A DNA stretch of 64,000 nt from Takakia lepidozioides (lineage: Eukaryota; Plantae; Bryophyta): assembly GCA_030704615.1 (NCBI GenBank), contig CM060732.1:71052001-71116000 (forward strand), given 5' to 3'. The translations under genes and the position numbers were made by a program. Shown here one piece after another: positions 60,237 to 64,000 of the stretch; positions within the stretch are counted from its first letter, which is position 1, and each line of letters starts with the position of its first letter. The notes below the pieces were generated by a model, which saw only the letters and a list, made by a program, of their open reading frames with translations, searched no databases and had not been told where the DNA came from.

Positions 60237-63200
60237 CTACCGGACTTCAAGACTTGCAGATGCTTCAACCATTGAGAGAACTTCATTTGTTGATAGTGTG
60301 TCTAGGACTGGGGGAATGGCATCCACTTTGTAACGCAAGAACTGCCACAATCCAGAATAGCGCCATATAATATAAATAGATCATCCACAGGTGCTCTTTA
60401 CATCCACTTGATTTGTCAAATTTCTAACAGTATAGTTGAATAGCTGAATGATGTATATGCAAGAATCTTCACTGCTGCCACCTATAGATTGACTGGTTTT
60501 GAGGAGCTAATATAATGTCTTCCAGCCAAATAGACCTGGGAAAGCTTTGAGCATTCCATTTGGCGGCTGTACCACCACTATTCAGGTACTGCTAATGTGG
60601 TCTTTCAGACACCTTCCATGAGAGATGACTAGTGGACCAAAGCTAACAGTAAACCAGAAACCATACATACTATCCAGATTGATGCAAACACTCATTTATA
60701 CGATGCATGCATATGAATTTTCCACATTCTGTTCAAACTACCGTCCCTGTTGGTTATATTGGAAATTGCAAGTCAGTAACTTTTATGTCCCGAACTCGAG
60801 ATAGCTTGCAGTCAAGGAGGTATGCTCCCAAGGTTCTGAAGGGTCCACCCCTTTTCCAGTACATAAAGGTGTTTACAGTAGCTAACCATTTCTGAACCTT
60901 TTCTTGCTTCACAGTAATTCTTGTAGTTGCCCACTCAACTTCTTCGAAGCCAATTCATGATTTCCTGAAGCGAACCCTTAGTGTTCCAGCATATTTGGTT
61001 GTTATCATACCTTGCGATTGAAAGTCGAGTAGCTATTATCCCAAATCAGCTTGTAATAGCCAACTGATGGTGAATAGAAGTTTCCCTGCACATCACACGC
61101 CCAAGATCAAAGTTACGCATTGTTAATTAAATAGGGCTCTTCTCCATATAATGGCTAAACTGCTAGCTATCTCTGTCACCCGTGCTAGGAAGATGCACAC
61201 TTAAGCTATAAAGGCAGCTTCTGATGCCAGACATCCTCGAAGGTCCAAAGCTATGGTACCTGATGTGCATCATATCGTTGGTAGGGGAGCATTGGCAGCT
61301 TAGCTCTTGATGCATCTACAAACTCCACACTAAAGCCAACATCCTGAAAATGCAACGTTTTAAAGTCCGTGAATTTAACTGGAAGCCAATGTGCAACCAT
61401 AAACCGTTCTGTAGATGTTGAATGAAGCACTGTATATAACTGTATTAGTAAAACCACTTTTGAGTATGCATGGATGTAACGGAAACAAAATCCCTATGAA
61501 ATTCCACCACAGACCAGATGCGGGTCCACACAATTTGTCTGTTCTCTGTCATCTGTCAAGTATGCCCAATTTCTTTCAGGCATTCCCCGTCAGGAGCAGA
61601 AATAACAGGACTGGCAGTGAGGAGTAATGGTACCTTTCCAGATGTCAATCGAAAATCCCAAGCAACCAAAGAGCCCTCACACTCCACCGTCACCAAAACC
61701 TGTGAGAGGAACAACCAACCAGATGCCAACATATTTCAATACTAACATGACCTAAAGACAACAATGTTCCATGACATGCTCTAGCTCTTCCATGTGCTAT
61801 GGTAGAAGCAGCAAAATGCAGTATTATGTCACTATGTCTTCAAGATCCAAGAGATGAAAAAACATACAAGTTTTCCTTGTGATAGATTTTGCTCTCAATG
61901 TAACCTAAATCTGTGAGGACCACCCAACTCGTAACTGGAGGTGGTAACTGCTGCCTACTACTTCACATAGGATTCCAAGTTTTGCTTATGAACATACAAG
62001 TTTTCCTTGTGATAGATTTTGCTCTCAATGTAACCTAAATCTGTGAGGACCACCCAACTCGTAACTGGAGGTGGTAACTGCTGCCTACTACTTCACATCA
62101 GGATTCCAAGTTTTGCTTATGCTTTAATTCTCACCTTTGTAGTGTGTATGTATTTGCAAATCAATTATTCAGACCTGCTGCATGCTGAAGGTTACATCAG
62201 AACCAGTCCAAAGTATTTAAAAATACCTTAAAAATCACGCTCTCGGGAAACTTAGAAGTATGGTACCAGCCTAGACCACTATGCTCTGCTCACCTCATGT
62301 GTCTTCCCTGCCGCAATGATTGTCTCCTTGAAGTCATTGGCTGTGACACTGCATCGCCCCCATATTATCTAGCAATGTCAGCTACTCCCCTTAATTTCCC
62401 AGTATAATAGCTGTGCATTGGTACTGCTGAATAGCCAAAGAATGAATCATTTTGTCCCCTTGACTCAGGGGGGCAAAACAGCAACCTTGCATATTTTAGG
62501 TTGCTGAAACCAGCAAGGGACAAGATGTGACATATACTTGCAGAGAAGAAATGGTCAAGAATAAATGCACGATGGAAGGTCTCAAGAGTGCACCCTCCAT
62601 CTGCAACTCCAGCTTCCTCAGGAGAAATCAGAAATGGAGAGTTCTCGAACACACCCCTGCAACCAACCCATGGCTCCACATAGTTTTCAAATAACAACAC
62701 AGAAAAAGTAACAAGACTTTGAATAATGCACACTGAACACCACTCTTTAGATCCAATAGCATGAGTCTAAAGTGATTACAATTAGCAACATCTGTTCATA
62801 ATGTTCTCAAGTCTTTCACATTCCCAACATGTTCCCATGTAAACCACAAAATAAGCTACTGAAGTGTATGTGTATACATGCCATGGGCTTTCAAAAATTG
62901 ACTGAAGATGGCCTAAAACAGTCACAAGGATGCCAAGACTCATATATACACAAGCAACTACTGACAGCTACATTCACATAGCTCCCCAGCTGAAGAGAAA
63001 AAAGGAGGGGAACTGCAAAATAAGAGGGCTGGGATGAGTAAAAGGCCTTTCGTTGAAGACTTGGAAGGCCTCTTGGGCGGACTCATTTGTGTGGGTACCT
63101 ACTGCTCTATGAACTTTTCTAGCTCCATTGAGGTGTTGGTTGGATGGAGGGCCCAAGGATAGTCTCCTGAAAGACTTGAAGAGATAAGCTAGCAGGCTAA

Positions 63201-63655
63201 CACTTTCTGTGATTGCAAACAACAATCCATTCCAAAGCAGAGGATTTTTCACCATAAGTTGAAATCAAAGAGCTATACCCTATGAAGCTGAGATAACGAC
63301 TAAACTCAGATGTATACGCCTTCACTGACTGCTCCAGCAACCCTAATAGCTCATGTGTCGGCCTGTTCTCACACATACAGAACACTCACATTATAACAAA
63401 TCACAGAGTGCGCACTAAGATCACAGCCCAACAATCCACAATTGGGTGAGAATGCAGATGGAAAAATCACACTGCACGAAATCGGGTCGGAATCACAGGG
63501 AACTGCAAAACATGTAACTAAAAGTGAGAGAGCCGTACGAAAGGGGGTGGTTGAACGAGGACCACCAAACGGCAACAAAGGCACGGAGGGCAAAAGCAAG
63601 TCTCGTCAGATCATAGAGGGGAGGTCCGTAGCGCTCGCGCTGTTCTTCCATAGGC
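60237..63655 (-). CDS. 3' part of a plant GOLD-domain protein gene (At5g01010-like, recalled from memory); 5' exons unresolved or beyond the window
   Basis: In-phase GT-AG exons 63539-63655, 63279-63362, 62594-62656, 62294-62348, 61634-61699, 61260-61343, 61011-61085 and 60237-60341 give ..ERYGPPLYDL..SLVAWDF..DVGFSVEF..GNFYSPSVGYYKLIWDNSYSTFNRK|FLRYKVDAIPPV. Confidence 0.85.
61861..62121. repeat. 130-bp tandem duplication in an intron
   Basis: 61861-61990 and 61991-62121 are identical except for a 1-nt insertion. Confidence 0.95.
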
Positions 63656-64000
63656 CTGCCACATCTTCTCATGTTAGCCAGTGGCATTAGATCATAGCTC
63701 ACTTATGTTGCATCCACTAGATTCTAAAATAAACTGCCCCAACCAGGCAGAGTTCCTCTGGAAGCAGAAAATTGAGTGATTAAATGCAATTTGCAACCTG
63801 ATGCTGCTTTGACAGGTCATGTATTACCTCGATGTCCATGGACAATTTCACCTTTCATTAGAGCTATTATAGATTCTGCAAAATGACTCCTGATATTAAA
63901 AAGATAAATCAAAATCAAAGGTTCTCTACACCTGCGATACAACAACTTGTTTGCTGTAGAGATAGAAATAGTGATAAGTGTCACATACCCATGGTCATCA

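Overview
Eukaryotic nuclear DNA from a land plant, most likely a seed-free lineage (inferred from GT-AG introns and moss/fern-style PLS-DYW PPR proteins; the species cannot be determined). Four apparently intact host genes sit in transposon debris: a group IIc WRKY (15934-18507, +), a PLS-E-DYW PPR editing factor (22875-25679, -), 20S proteasome alpha-6/PAF (55808-57569, +), and the 3' part of a GOLD-domain gene (60237->63655, -). The debris includes LINE RT remnants and 3' stubs, gypsy gag/integrase fragments, two CACTA ends, a PIF1-helicase+endonuclease (Helentron-like) remnant and a decayed PPR cluster. The most unusual part is 0.4-9.2 kb. A 9-exon gene encodes a ParB/Srx-like domain fused to a bacterial-type beta-class amino-(N4C/N6A) DNA methyltransferase fold (this copy has one frameshift). 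It lies just downstream of an array of 38-bp palindromes with a 116-bp period. A second array 6 kb away has different arm sequences but the same 17-4-17 geometry and CGTYRACG core, and both arrays are associated with the same terminal-motif family. A second, very divergent ParB-like gene remnant lies at 49-51 kb beside the Helentron-like remnant. All assignments come from reading motifs by eye; no database search was run.
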